Origin: Torpedo marmorata
Taxonomy: Eukaryota
Reading direction: 5' to 3'
NCBI GenBank assembly: GCA_977017645.1
Contig: OZ360228.1
Coordinates: 50,964,001 to 51,028,000, forward strand
DNA length: 64,000 nucleotides
Part shown: piece by piece, positions 39,401 through 51,679 of the stretch
How the letters are laid out: each line of letters opens with the position of its first letter
How positions within the stretch are numbered: position 1 is the first letter of the stretch
Position numbers and translations under genes: made by a program
Notes under the pieces: generated by a model
Seen by the model: the letters and a program-made list of their open reading frames with translations, nothing else
Told to the model about the DNA's origin: nothing
The model's database searches: none

Positions 39401-40312
39401 ATTTACAGAAAGCGTTTGATAAGGTGCCACACAAGAGACTTATCAGTAAGTTACAGGTGAATGGAGTCCAGGGAAGTATATTGGCATGGATTGAGGATTG
39501 GTTGTCTGACAGGAGGCAGAGAGTCGGGATAAATGGGTGTTTTTCTGATTGGCAGACAGTGGTAAGTGGGGTGCCGCAGGGGTCGGTGCTGGGCCCACAA
39601 CTGTTCATCATTTACATTGATGATTTGGAGGAGGGGACAAAATGTGGTGTAGCCAAGTTTGCGGATGATACTAAATTGAGTGAAAGTGCAAATTGTACTG
39701 AGGATGTGGAGAGGCTGCAGAGGGATATAGTTAAGTTAGGTGAGTGGGCAAAGGTCTGGCAGATGGAGTATAATGTTAGTAAGTGCGAGGTTATCCACTT
39801 TGGCAAGAAAAATAAAAGATGATGATGGTGAAAAACTGCAGCATGCTAATGTGCAGAAGGACTTGGGAGTGCTTGTGCACGAATCGCAAAAAGTTGGGTT
39901 GCAGGTGCAGCAGGTTATTAAGAAGGCAAATGGAATGTTGGCCTTCATCGCTAGAGGAATTGAATTCAGGAGCAAGGAGGTAATGTTGCAACTGTACAAG
40001 GTACTGGTGAGACCGCACCTGGAGTACTGTGTGCAGTTCTGGTCTCCATATTTGAGGAAGGATATACTGGCCTTAGAGGCAGTCCAGAGGAGGTTTACTA
40101 GGTTGATCCCTGAGATGAAGGGGTTGACTTATGATGAAAGATTAAATCGTCTGGGATTATACTCGCTCGAGTTCAGACGAATGAGAGGAGATCTTATAGA
40201 AACATATAGAATTATGAAGGGGATGGATAGGATAGAGGTAGGAAGGTTTTTTTCACTGGCGGGTGAGACCAAAACTAGGGGGAGTAGATTTAGGACAGAG
40301 ATGAGGAAAAAC
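36431..40312 (+). mobile_element. Near full-length CR1 LINE: ORF1 (Zn finger, coiled coil, SGNH esterase; ~36580-37527) and ORF2 (APE endonuclease + RT; ~37680-40310), disrupted, 3' end missing
   Basis: CSSC..CTKC, IGDSIVRG, VHIGTND, PDGLHL; YLNARSIRNK, ITETW, GDFN, SDH; YLDLQKAFDKVPH, GVPQGSVLGP, KFADD; premature stops at 37219, 38125, 39268 and frameshifts. Confidence 0.95.
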
Positions 40313-40965
40313 AAAGGGAGCACCAGATGCAGTAAATAAGTTTATTTACTGAATCCGGTGCTCCTTTTTGGCATTCTCTACATCGGAGAGACCGGTCGTA
40401 GATTAGGAGATCGCTTTGCTGAGCACCTCCACTCCGTCCGCAACAACAGCGACCTCCCAGTAGCCAACCATTTCAATTCCGAGTCACACTCCCACACTCA
40501 CATGTCTGTCCATGGCCTTATGTACTATCCCACCCAGACTACCCTCAAATTGGAGGAACAACATCTTATTTTCCGTCTGGGCACTCTCCAGCCAGACGTC
40601 ATTAACATTGACTTTTCTGCTTTCCACTAAACCTGCTTGCCTTTTCCTTCCCCTCCCCCCCCTACCTGTCCTTCCAGTTTTTTCCCACCCACCCAGTCAT
40701 CCCTCCTCCCCCTCTTTGCTGCTGTCCCCTCCCTCCTTTCTCCACCTATCATCTCCTGCCTTTACCACCCCCCCTTCCCCCCCTCACTCTTTTGTTTGGA
40801 CGCCTGCCGGCATTTTCTCATACTTTGATGAAGGGCTCAAGCCCGAAACGTCGGTTATGTATTTCTACCTTTGCTATATAAAAGACACTGTTTGACCTGC
40901 TGAGTTTCTCCAGCAATTGTGTTTTTTACTTCAACCACGGTGTCTAAAGATTTTCGTGATTTACT
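40313..40965 (+). mobile_element. Penelope-like element 3' part with fold-back 5' end
   Basis: GILYIGETGRRLGDRFAEH...LEEQHLIFRLGTLQPDVINIDFS GIY-YIG domain; C/T-rich tract; hammerhead-like motif at 40825-40856. Confidence 0.92.
40825..40861 (+). ncRNA. Minimal type I hammerhead-ribozyme-like motif (degenerate)
   Basis: UUGAUGA-A-GGGC(UCAA)GCCC-GAAA-C(GUCG)GUU; C3 of the core is U and stem I is weak. Confidence 0.55.
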
Positions 40966-41762
40966 TAGGTATAGATTGGTTCAATATAATTTCTTACATC
41001 AATTATATATTACACCACAGAAACTGAAAAGGTTAAAATCAGAGTTATCAGATCAATGTTTTAGATCAGGAAATAGGAACTTTTTTACATTCAACTTGGT
41101 CTTGCCCTAAAGTAAGATCTTTTTGGATAGACTTAAAAACCTTTTGAGAGCAGATTATGAGAACTAAATTTCCACAGGATCCCATGTTGTTTTTATTAGG
41201 TAATATTAAGGGGACAAGACCCAAATTGAAATTAAATATGTATCAAAAAGAATTCTTAAAAATTGCATTAGCAGTAGCAAAAAAATGTATAGCAGTAACT
41301 TGGAAATCAGACTCCCATTTGGGTATGGAACGGTGGAATACAGAAATGCGTAGTTGTATCCCACTTGAGAAGATTACTTACAATTTAAGAAATAAATATG
41401 ATGTACTTTTGAAAATTTGGCGCCCATATTTACAAATTGTAGGAATAAACTTATAGTTTTTTCCCACACCAAGTACCTCATTAATTTCCCCCTGAGAATA
41501 TATGAGAAAAAAAAAGTAACTAATTAAAAACCGTGATGTAGGTGGCAACTTTTTACCATCCAGGTCACTTTATCTTTCTTCATACTTTTCTTTTATTTCT
41601 TTTCCTTTCTTTTCTTTCTTGGGTTTTGGTTTGGGAGGAGGGGGGGGGCTGGGACTTACCCATTGTGTATAAGCAATGTAATAATAATGAATTGACATCT
41701 TGTTATGTATTATACAATTATGCATGTATGGATAAAAATTCTTAAATAAAATATAAAAAAAA
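40966..41762 (+). mobile_element. L1/Tx1 3' end (right part of a split element)
   Basis: RYRLVQYNFLHQLYITP...IPLEKITYNLRNKY; G-rich 3' UTR, AATAAA, poly-A. Confidence 0.9.
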
Positions 41763-43699
41763 CGACTGAGTTGGATTTTCCAATACTTATGTTTGGAGAT
41801 GATATATTGCCACTAAAGTGGGTGGATCCTTAACTATAGGGTGTAATTAAAAGTGAAATTAGCATTTTATATTTGCCTGGCTGCTGCTGGGCTAGGGTTC
41901 AATAATTTTGTGCTTTAAACTTTACCTGTTGAAACTCAATTTAACTGAACCTGAAAAATTTTAAATGTTTTAGATCCATATTGAATCTGTTTTCTGGATT
42001 GTATTAATACATACAAAATTTCCTGTATCTTAATATGGTTACGTTGAAGGATACATTATGATTACGTCACAAATTTGGACACGGCAGATATCCTACTGGT
42101 TGTAAATTTGACCAATGATCTAACAGAACTATTGACATCTTTGGTGGACAAAATTTATAAGATTTCAAGACTCAATTCACAAACACCATCAAAACAAATG
42201 GAACATATGATATGTCTTAATTGTTCAATGCATTTCACTAACATTATCCATGAAATGATCAGTCTTTCTTCCAAACATTTTTTGGAAGTATCTGAAATTA
42301 TTCTGTCTTTTCGACAAACAATATAGGCTGGATTGTGCATGCTTTTCCATTGTATTGGATTATTATTTCTAGCTTTAGAATAATGCTTTTGGATGCGCAG
42401 GACACACCTTATGATGTTATCAGTTGCTCATTGTTATTGAATCAATTGGCCAGCAACTTCCAGGATTCAAACTACATCCAACTAAATGTACAATCAGCAA
42501 GTTAAAATTCCAGAGGAAAATCCTGAGTGTTCATTTCTTTGAGATTCACAAACAGGGAGAAGATTGAAGCACCAGGTATACATAGCTTGTAATTTTACCT
42601 GAAGCAGAGTTAGGCTGAAATCTCTAAATCCTCTATAGCAGAGGAATGACACCCCATTTACTGAGAGCAAATGGTTGAGAATGAGGATTTGTGAAATACT
42701 CCTGCCCCTTTTAAGGGTCTTGGTTAATATTGTGAAAGTATTGACTAATTTGGAAAAGAAATGGTCCAAGTAACAGATCCATAAATGACACATTGACAGA
42801 GGTAAACTTGCCTGACTTCAATGTGAAATGCAACACTTTGCATTGTTATATTGTGTCCTAAACTGAAAAAGGTTCTGCAGCAACTTGGACATTGGCAAAA
42901 TGAGACCCAAGACTGGGTCCAACAGCGAGATGGAAAAGATGAAGAGGCTCAGGCCTGCAGTCCTAATAAGTACGATAGAGTGTGAGAAATTTGATTTTGC
43001 AGAGATGGCAATGTTGCAGCATGCACAAACAAAATCAGCGATTTAAGCTGAGACATGTCTCCAATTCTTTTCATGAGTGAAACTGCCACACGTTTGCACT
43101 TACCCTTTATGAACTGTGCGACTATTCTCCTTGTGGATTTTCTGTGCTCACCAAATATTTGGTGATTAAATCCATAAATTAAAAAACATTATTATTACTG
43201 CTGTACCTACTTTTCATTTTTGACTATTGCTTCTCAAGATTCATAACTGTACGGACAGAAGAAACGAGAGACTGAGGGAGCAAAGTTTAAATCTATTTTG
43301 CTTCCTCCTGCAGAATAATTTACAAATATATCTCAGGATAGAATCCTCAGTGCAGTAAAGAGAAGTCCCATGGTTTTGTAAAACATGATTCCCAGGACTT
43401 AATTAAACCATGTCAAGGAAAGGGTGCACAATCTGTTTAAAAAAAATTAAAGTAACAAAATGAAAAATAGCACTGAGATCTCTTACACAGGGTAAGTTTT
43501 CCATTAGCTACTGTGGCCTAATGTCAAATTACTATCGGATAACAGTTAAAGCATACTGACCATCAACAGATTAGGGGGTCATAAATTGCATGCAATTGGA
43601 AAGTAGTTTGGTACCTTGGAATTTTCTGCATGAGCATATTTATCTAAAGTCATCAGTATTTAACAATTTTCTGCAATTATATTTATTCCCATTTATTTT

Positions 43700-43939
43700 T
43701 TAATTTAAACATACAGCACGGTAACAAGCCCTTTCAGCCCACGAGCCCGTGCCACACAATTACACCCAACTGACCTACCGTACACCCCTGGTACGTTTTG
43801 AATGGTAGTAGGAAAGCGGAGCATCACGCAGACATGGGGAGAACGTATAAACTCCTTACATTCAGCGTGGGATTCACACTCCAGTCCCGAATGCTGGCGC
43901 TGTAACCGCATTGAGCTAACCGCTACATTAACCATGCTG
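43700..43939 (-). mobile_element. tRNA-derived SINE (older copy)
   Basis: Same family with a small internal deletion. Confidence 0.85.
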
Positions 43940-44857
43940 TATTATAAGGGATAATTAGTTATAAAAACTCATAAATGTATGAAAAACTAAGACTGATTTT
44001 ATACTCCGCCTAGTGACAGTTTATAACGTTCCTTGCACTTATTACTGATTTGATCCAACCTTTAATAAGAAATGTCAGGTAATTTTACAAAGTGAATCTC
44101 ACCAATAAGTGTGTTTTATGTTGCGATTTCTATATTCAAACACTTGCTAAAGAAATAAGATACTTACAATTTTTAATCTGTTGTGTATTTCAGCAATGCC
44201 ACATATTCAGTATGTGAGTGACACCTAGGTAAGGAATGATACAAAACTAGTCACCATGCCCCAGTCCTGCAAAAATTAACAGCTGTTAGTTAGCCTGCAG
44301 CTTTAAATTGGGATAATCACGGAACAATTTTGCATGAATATATAGGAATAAAACAGGATGTATAAAATGTGACAGCTCAAAAAAAGGCTTGCTCAGTGAA
44401 ATATTTAGATTTAGGTGATGTTACACAATTATGCATCGAAGGATCTTATATGACCCCATTCTTCCTCTGTGAGGGCAGTCAGGTAAACGTCACTCTATAA
44501 TACCATTTTAATCACGAATGTTGTCTTCTTTCATGCCTTTCCTCCTTCTAAGCCAGCCCAACTAAACAAAATTAAACCTACTGCAACAACACAAAAGTAT
44601 GAAGATAAAGTGGGCTGGAATGGTGGAGAATCACAAAAACATGTCAATGGTAAGAAGTCAAACCATTCACACTGCATTTGTCATGCAAATCTTTCTTAGC
44701 ATGCTGTCACACTGAGTCTACACAATATCCTTTTTCGCAGGAATATTAGCACGATGAAATGGAAAACAACTTCTCTCTGTTGACTCCATTCTGGCAAAAT
44801 AGCAGCAGAGAATTTTGTTGGAATGGGAGATCTCACAGCCTGTTCCATCAGCTGTCC

Positions 44858-45120
44858 GTAGTAAAACACGAAAGTCTGCAGACGCTGTGATTGTGGTAAA
44901 CATACAGAAATGCTGGAGGAACTCAGCAAGTCTCGCAGTGTCCATAGGAGGTAAAGATATATTACTGACGTTACAGGCCTGAGCCCTTCCTCAAGGTATG
45001 AGCAAAAAGCAGGCAAAGGACCTATATTAAAAGGCTGGTGAAAAGGGAAGAATGAGAGGGGGAGGAGTACAGACCAACAGACAAAAGATGTTAATTGGAT
45101 ATAATAAGAGGACAGGAAAG
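44858..45120 (-). mobile_element. Penelope-derived terminal fragment
   Basis: Homologous to 40750-40965 and 1728-1950. Confidence 0.8.
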
Positions 45121-45539
45121 AGGACCATTCTTTTTTTGAGTAAGCAAAAATAATTTGTGACAAATTAGGGCTTATTTTATATTGTAGGTGTCCAATAGAA
45201 ACTGACATGAATCAAAATGAATTTTTTTCAAGACAGAACCCTTCACTTCTGTGCAGGTGAAAAGTTAAAATGCTAATATTGACTTTATTTTCTGGAAAAA
45301 AAAAGTATTCCTCTTTATAATCCTGATATCCCTCACAAAAAAAACATTGAATAATGATTATGGTGAGATATTGAGAGAAGTTAATTAATAACATATGCAA
45401 GCTTTCAAATTTCCAATATCACATTGAATTATTTTGTCTATTGCCACTGTTCTCAAACCATTAATCTTTGTACCACATGGTAATAGCTATTAATTTTTTG
45501 AATACTACGTTTTTTAGCAGTATGCACGCAACTATGAAA

Positions 45540-46620
45540 CTGCAAAGGATTAAGTGAAGGGATAAAACTTTGGCAAATAGATTTCAATAAAGAAAAGTGC
45601 AATGCCATTCACTTTGTGGACCTAAAAGACAGAACAAAGTACTTTCTGTATGAAGAAAAAGTGAAGTGAAGGGAAGGTTGAAACTAATGGAAACGATGAC
45701 CTTGACTCATGCAGCAGGAATGTTAAAATGCATTTGCTGGAAAGATGTACTGACTATCTTTCAAAATGAGATTAAAATTCATATTCTACATTTACTACTG
45801 GAAAGACTGATGAATTGAGGGTAATGGGGAACTGGAGAGGAATTGAGGCCACGATCAGCTTAAGGAGCCAGGTCACCTAGTCCTGCTCTTATATTCTTGC
45901 GTTTTGGTTGCCCTTTTAAAAGCAGAAGAAGACTGCAAAGAAAATCCTAGAGATCCATAAGCATAGCTCATTAAAAGATCTCAGACAAGCATGAAAGATA
46001 ACTAAAATAGCTAATGTAATTCTGGACTCGATATGCACAAGACCAGAATTTAAATTCTACTTTTTAAAATTTAATTTCTAGAGGGTGCACTTTATGTTAC
46101 AGATGAGCAAAGCCCTGTTCGGACCACAACCAGAGTATTGTGTTCAGTTCTAAGTGCAACATGTTAGGAAGGATATAATGGAGCTAGAACAAGTGCACTG
46201 TAGACTTACAAGAATGATGCCTTGTTACCAAGGGCAAAATTGCTAGGAGTAATTACACAAACTACAGTTGCAACTCTGTGAACCCAGAAAATTAGAGACT
46301 AATCAAACTTTTCAAGATACTAAGAGAAACTGATAAAAGAGATAGAGAGAAAATATTTCTGCTGGTTAAGGTTCCTATGACTCAAGAGTTTTGAAAATGT
46401 GAACCAGTCATTTCAGGAATGATGCAAGGAAACAATTTTACATGCAGAATTGTGAGAAGTGGATGCTCAGTCACTGCTGAATTTAAAATCTGCCTCTGAA
46501 GGATTTTGAAATCAATACTGTAATCAAAAGTATTAAGGAATACAGGACAAAATGATATTTGGAACTGTCATGACACTGAATACTAGAAGCAATTCAAGAT
46601 GTTAAATGCCTAGCTCTATT
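45540..46620 (+). mobile_element. Highly degraded CR1 LINE
   Basis: Remnants such as gttcggaccacaaccagagtattgtgttcagttc (VRPHLEYCVQFW) and aggaaggatataatggagctagaa. Confidence 0.7.
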
Positions 46621-47379
46621 CTTGTGTTTTGAATCCCAGAGCTCACTTCCTGTCCAGTTATTCTTCAATAAATGTCACCAACATCTATACAGGTACCATT
46701 TAAACTCACACAAAACAGCCCAAATGCACTGCCCTAATTCTCTTCTTTACTTAATTCATTTGTTAAAACATATCTCTGGTAGGAATGCTGAAAGTAAAAA
46801 TTTGTCAGATTTCATGCACCTTTATCCTCAATTCAAGGGAATAGAGTTTGACATTTAAGATATGTATAATATAAACCACAGAAGAGAAATAAGGAGAAGG
46901 CTGGGCCTAATAGAAATAGGAACCTGAGTTGAGTTTAGAATGTGAAAACACAAACATTTTTTGAAGAGATGCTCAGGATCTATTTCAAAAATAAAATGAG
47001 GTATTCTATATTTGCAACTAGATTTTAGCTATCCTTTCACAATTATGTTGTCCAAGCAAAGGAGAAGATTGCAAAGAAAATGATTTGGAACTCAAGCATT
47101 TAATAGATGGTGCCTTTTGAGATTTAGCTTTCAATTTGCAAAATTTTAGTCATTTCTGGCCACTGAATTTCATATGCTTATTTGTTACTCTTGTTCTGTA
47201 CTCTTTTTTTTTCAAAAACTCCACCAATGTTGTTTATTTAGGGTCCACAATATGATTATCTAATGAGTCAGGCAAAATTGAGGACAGCAGTAGCTTGGAG
47301 GGATGTAGAGGAGGCAGAGATGTGATAAACAGTCTTCAGACTGTAGGATGGTAGTCCGTGTAGTGTTCCCCGTGAAACA

Positions 47380-47830
47380 GTGCCACACACACTTTCATTT
47401 AACATAAATTAATTGCTTGGATATGGGTGTTCAGGAAAATTTAAGAGTATGCAGATTAGTAGCAGTAAACAGAGTAATAGAGGATATAGATAGCAGAATG
47501 GGAGTAGCAGTTAATGGCAGATGAAACTTAATACAGAGAAGTGCACAGTGATGCACTGGGACAGAAAGAACAGATAATATTGGCTATAAATGGGTGCTGG
47601 GTGCATTTAAGCATAAATATTTGAAAATGGCAGAACATACTATTAGAGAAGCTCAGAAAGCATCTGGAGGATTGGGTATAGAAGGATAAGCATTGTGATG
47701 GGTTGTGTTAAAGATCACTGGGCTAAACTAGGCTATAACCACATTCGATAACTGCTTCCAACAACCTGGTGATGCAGCATTCCTTGGTTGGGAGGAATGA
47801 TGGATAGATGCCAATCAGCCATGGTATTCA
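47380..47830 (+). mobile_element. Highly degraded CR1 LINE fragment
   Basis: tggcagatgaaacttaatacagagaagtgcacagtgatgcac (WQM-FN-EKC-VMH remnant). Confidence 0.55.
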
Positions 47831-50219
47831 CTGCTGGGCTCCATCCTAATGACCTCTTGCTGTGAGGTCAAGATTGGGTTTGGCTGTAACAGCGACTATA
47901 TGCAGTTTGACTGCACTATACTGTTGAGACTCAAAGAGGAATAATACACTACACCCTTTAGTCTGATACTGGAAACCATACTCAAGGCCTTCAAAAGAAA
48001 GGGGAATGAGAGTAATCAGAGTCAAGTTAGAAGTAAACAAACTGAGATGATTCATTACAGTGTTAAGTAAGGCCTAATGATCAATTGCTGAAACAGATGA
48101 CCTGAGCTGCTGTTTATATTGAAGCCACATTAAAACAATAGGAGGAAAGGTAGACACCGCATAAGCTGATTTTTTCCCCTTAAAATGTATTTTGTAACAA
48201 TGCATTACCATTTAGTTACTGTTTAGAAAATAATAGAATTACGAGTATTTTTTTATTTGCCAGTTTTATTATTCCTCTCCTCAAGTTTTAAGAAAAACAG
48301 CGACTCTGCACTTGAAAGTGTTAAATCTTCGTGAATTCTGGGCTTGAAATAAACCAGTGTCCAAAGACAAGATAGACAGCTTCTTGTTATCTCATTCACA
48401 TCAAACACTTTCAAAACAAATGCACAAATTCCTTAAATTATGATCTATTTATTCTGTAAGAAAAGTGAAACTAGCAAAAAATATGCCAAGGGAGAGTTGC
48501 CCAGAAACAGAGGCTATAATGCAGATATTTCAAATCTACTCTTTTGAAGCTTTTCTCCTTCATAATGGATAATCATGGGATGGAGGAGAATTTTAAAGTA
48601 AGCCCTTCAATGCATCTGAACTAAGTTTTGGAAGGAAAAAGTAAATTAAGATAGTATCTACTGAATAAACCCCACACATTTCTGTTTCACATTTCTCTTG
48701 ACTGGATATGTCAACACACCATGTAAAACTGAACCGTGCACTTGGTTTTATGCCATTAGCAGTCTCAACATATCCTCTAAACACTAACATGGCTGTAAAC
48801 TCCATGAATGCAACTTTCTGGGGCAAAAACACTTCAGTCACATTTGAGGGGCTCCTTTATAATTGTATACCACTTGTCTTTGCAAAGGAATTGGGGTGCA
48901 CTTCTCTAAGGTTTGGCTATTTTATATTTATCCATTAGTAAGCTTTCAGGCTCTCAATAAACATCACTTGCGCATAGAATTGTGATGATTTGTCAAAGGA
49001 AAAGTCTGGGATAGGCTCAGTCTCAGAAAGTACTGAACATTTAAGTGCATTAACTGCAGTATACAAGACTTACACTTAGCTCTATTTATAAAAGCAGACC
49101 AGTAAAAAGGCACAGCAGAAAGCAAACTTACAAGTATGTAATACTTAGATCTAACAGAACACATCTATAAAAAGCAGTTATGGTGTTCAATAGAACTGCT
49201 AGAATCAATATCTAGAAAGTAAGTCGAGGTTTATTTAAGCACAGTAACTTCAGAATAAATTAAGATCAGAAATCATCGTGGGTTTCAAGATGTTTATTTC
49301 AAAGTCACTTTAAACTCAATGACCACAAGCAGTACAGTTACCATGGCAAATGTTTGATACTGCAGAGCAAGTAAAATGTGTCATTTCTTTCACTTGTTGA
49401 GTTTTGTGGTGAAGAAGGTATGTTTTGTCAGGGATGTAAGGAAAGTGAAGGTGAAGGGATAGAAAATTGAAGATTGAATTATTGAAATATCAGTGTTTCA
49501 CAAGTCTTCTTGTTGCTGCATTAGAAGTGGAGTGGAGACTAATTAGCACTTCTTTTATTTTGGGTACAGAAGATTCAGTGCCGAATATGGGTGGGGGGGA
49601 GAATGAAAAAATAATAGAATAATTATCTGACAAAGAGTGATTATTTTAAAAGTCAGAATTAGTTTGCTTCATGTCAATAAGTAATGAAGTTAACAGTGCA
49701 GTTATTGGGATGATAGCTGACAGTTATAACGCACATTCTGATCACAGCACAATATTTATTTACTCAAGCTCACAGAGAGAACATTACACTGACCCTCAGA
49801 AACTTACATTTAGGAATTCCAAATCTGGATTCATGTTTTTCTCCAATGGATATGGGAACAATAATTAACATGTGCATGCTTATCCGAACAATTTCTCAGT
49901 TTGAAACTCTTGCTGAGTATATGGAACTAATTGATACAAAAAAAGCAGTTTAAAACACTCATTGTTATGCAGTTTCATCATAGAATGTTTGCTCAAATTG
50001 GAAACGCAAGTTACATTCCTGAATTTGGACAGGTGAATCAGCTGCTTGAGGCTTTGCTCCTTCAGTTTTTACATGACCCACTCTAAATCCCAATCTCACC
50101 ATCTATTACTCTGACAAAATTGATATATTAGCTGGCCAATTTAAAAGAAGATAAAGAATTTTCATCCTTTGTAAGATGATACAAGATATCATAACTTTCA
50201 CATTCTTCTACATTTCTTT

Positions 50220-50615
50220 AGGATTGAAGATGACTTTCTTCCACTTTGTTTCTATCAGCTCTTGAGGTGCTCATTGCAGACTTTTTGACAGTTGGGGTAA
50301 ATGGTGCCTGTTGAGGCGGACGGGTAAGAAGTTCGTGAGGTGGTGCATACCTTCTGCTACTTACACTGGCTTTCTGTGAGCTCTTGACACATGGATTCAA
50401 TGATCATAATGCCAACCCAAGTGCTCCTTTTCCACTCTGGGAATCTCACTGACCACTGATTCCCAAAAGTCAGTGGAAAGATGGCATTTCCTCAAGCAGG
50501 CTTTGAGCACATTCTTGAATCTGTTTTTCTGTGATGGTAATCTCTTCCATGACCAAGCTCCAAATAACATATACCAGTTATGACATTCCCCTACAGATGC
50601 AACACACACAAACAG
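50220..50615 (-). mobile_element. RTE-clade LINE 3' fragment
   Basis: KRLPSQKNRFKNVLKACLRKCHLSTDFWESV resembles the RTE C-terminal GGQ-KRFKD-LK-SLK-C-I motif. Confidence 0.65.
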
Positions 50616-50973
50616 AGCAACATTTCTCTTTTTAAATAATTAAACAAAGGTTTAAAATAAAAGATTCCATTCTTCTGCTTAGTACAAATCTAGGAATAGC
50701 ATTTCCAAAGCAATTTTTTTCCCTGCTCTCGAAATGGATAAAGAGATTAAACTATCTCTAAAAGTCTTGACTCAGATGAGGATGCTGATAATGAGAGGTA
50801 GGTGTCTGTCATTCTTGGCTGCTCACAGAAGTGTGTTGCTGAAGTAAAGCAGAAACACTGAATGTGTTTTTCTAAAGAGGTATTATGGTGACCCAGGGCA
50901 GCAGGAGTTCAACTAAAGTTCAGGAGATGTTGCCAGCAGTTAGCGCTGCAGGAAGGCAAAATTACTTCTGGAT

Positions 50974-51127
50974 TCACCTCTTCTTTCCACTGTCAATGCT
51001 GGCTGTGGTGTGGTGAAAGGTTATAATGTCTTCAGGGAAGCAATCTTTCAATAATATTCCACGTTCACGATGACAGTCCAGCTCCTCAATAAATCCGCAC
51101 CAGTAGATCACTAATCCGGGTCCAAAT
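50974..51127 (-). CDS. CDIN1: CDIN1 (C15orf41) last coding exon, (R)[50 protein letters not shown]
   Basis: Matches the known C15orf41 C-terminus ([28 protein letters not shown]); acceptor ctaattttcag; convergent with MEIS2 as in mammals. Confidence 0.93.
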
Positions 51128-51247
51128 CTGAAAATTAGATGCAAAAGATACTTTTTAAGTTGCATTCAGAAAATCTGCTTATGTTAATTTAATTAAACTC
51201 CTCTTGCTATATGATAGTTACAATGTTCACACAGATAACCACACATT

Positions 51248-51603
51248 AGCCCCTTTCACACTGGCACCTTGTCCTAGTAATTGACGGCCGATTTACCGTT
51301 TAAGGGTCCAGTGTGAAAGCGAATTAATCGGCACGCCGGCGTCAAATCACGCCGGGGATGGACGGCCTCGACCCATACTCTCATCCCCGGCATCATCTGA
51401 CGCCTGCGTGCTGATTAGCCCAGTGTGAAAGGGACACTTACTATCCAGGGATTCCGGTAGAAGGTACACTCTCCTATCCCCGGGGATGCCTTGTGGTGAA
51501 TGTGAAAGGACAATAACAGTGGCCCAGTGTGAACAGCAAAAACGGCTTCTTTAACCGGGACACTGAACGGCCAATTTACTGGTTAGCCAATGTGAAAGAG
51601 GCT
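51248..51603. mobile_element. MITE, probably PIF/Harbinger-type
   Basis: 18-bp TIRs AGCCCCTTTCACACTGGC / GCCAATGTGAAAGAGGCT (2 mismatches), 3-bp TSD ATT, internal GTGTGAAAG repeats. Confidence 0.85.
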
Positions 51604-51679
51604 ATTGAAGGTGAAAGCTTGTCAAAGTTAAAATGTACAAATGCAGGTTCGTACCCTGTGATCAAGCATACACTGCACT

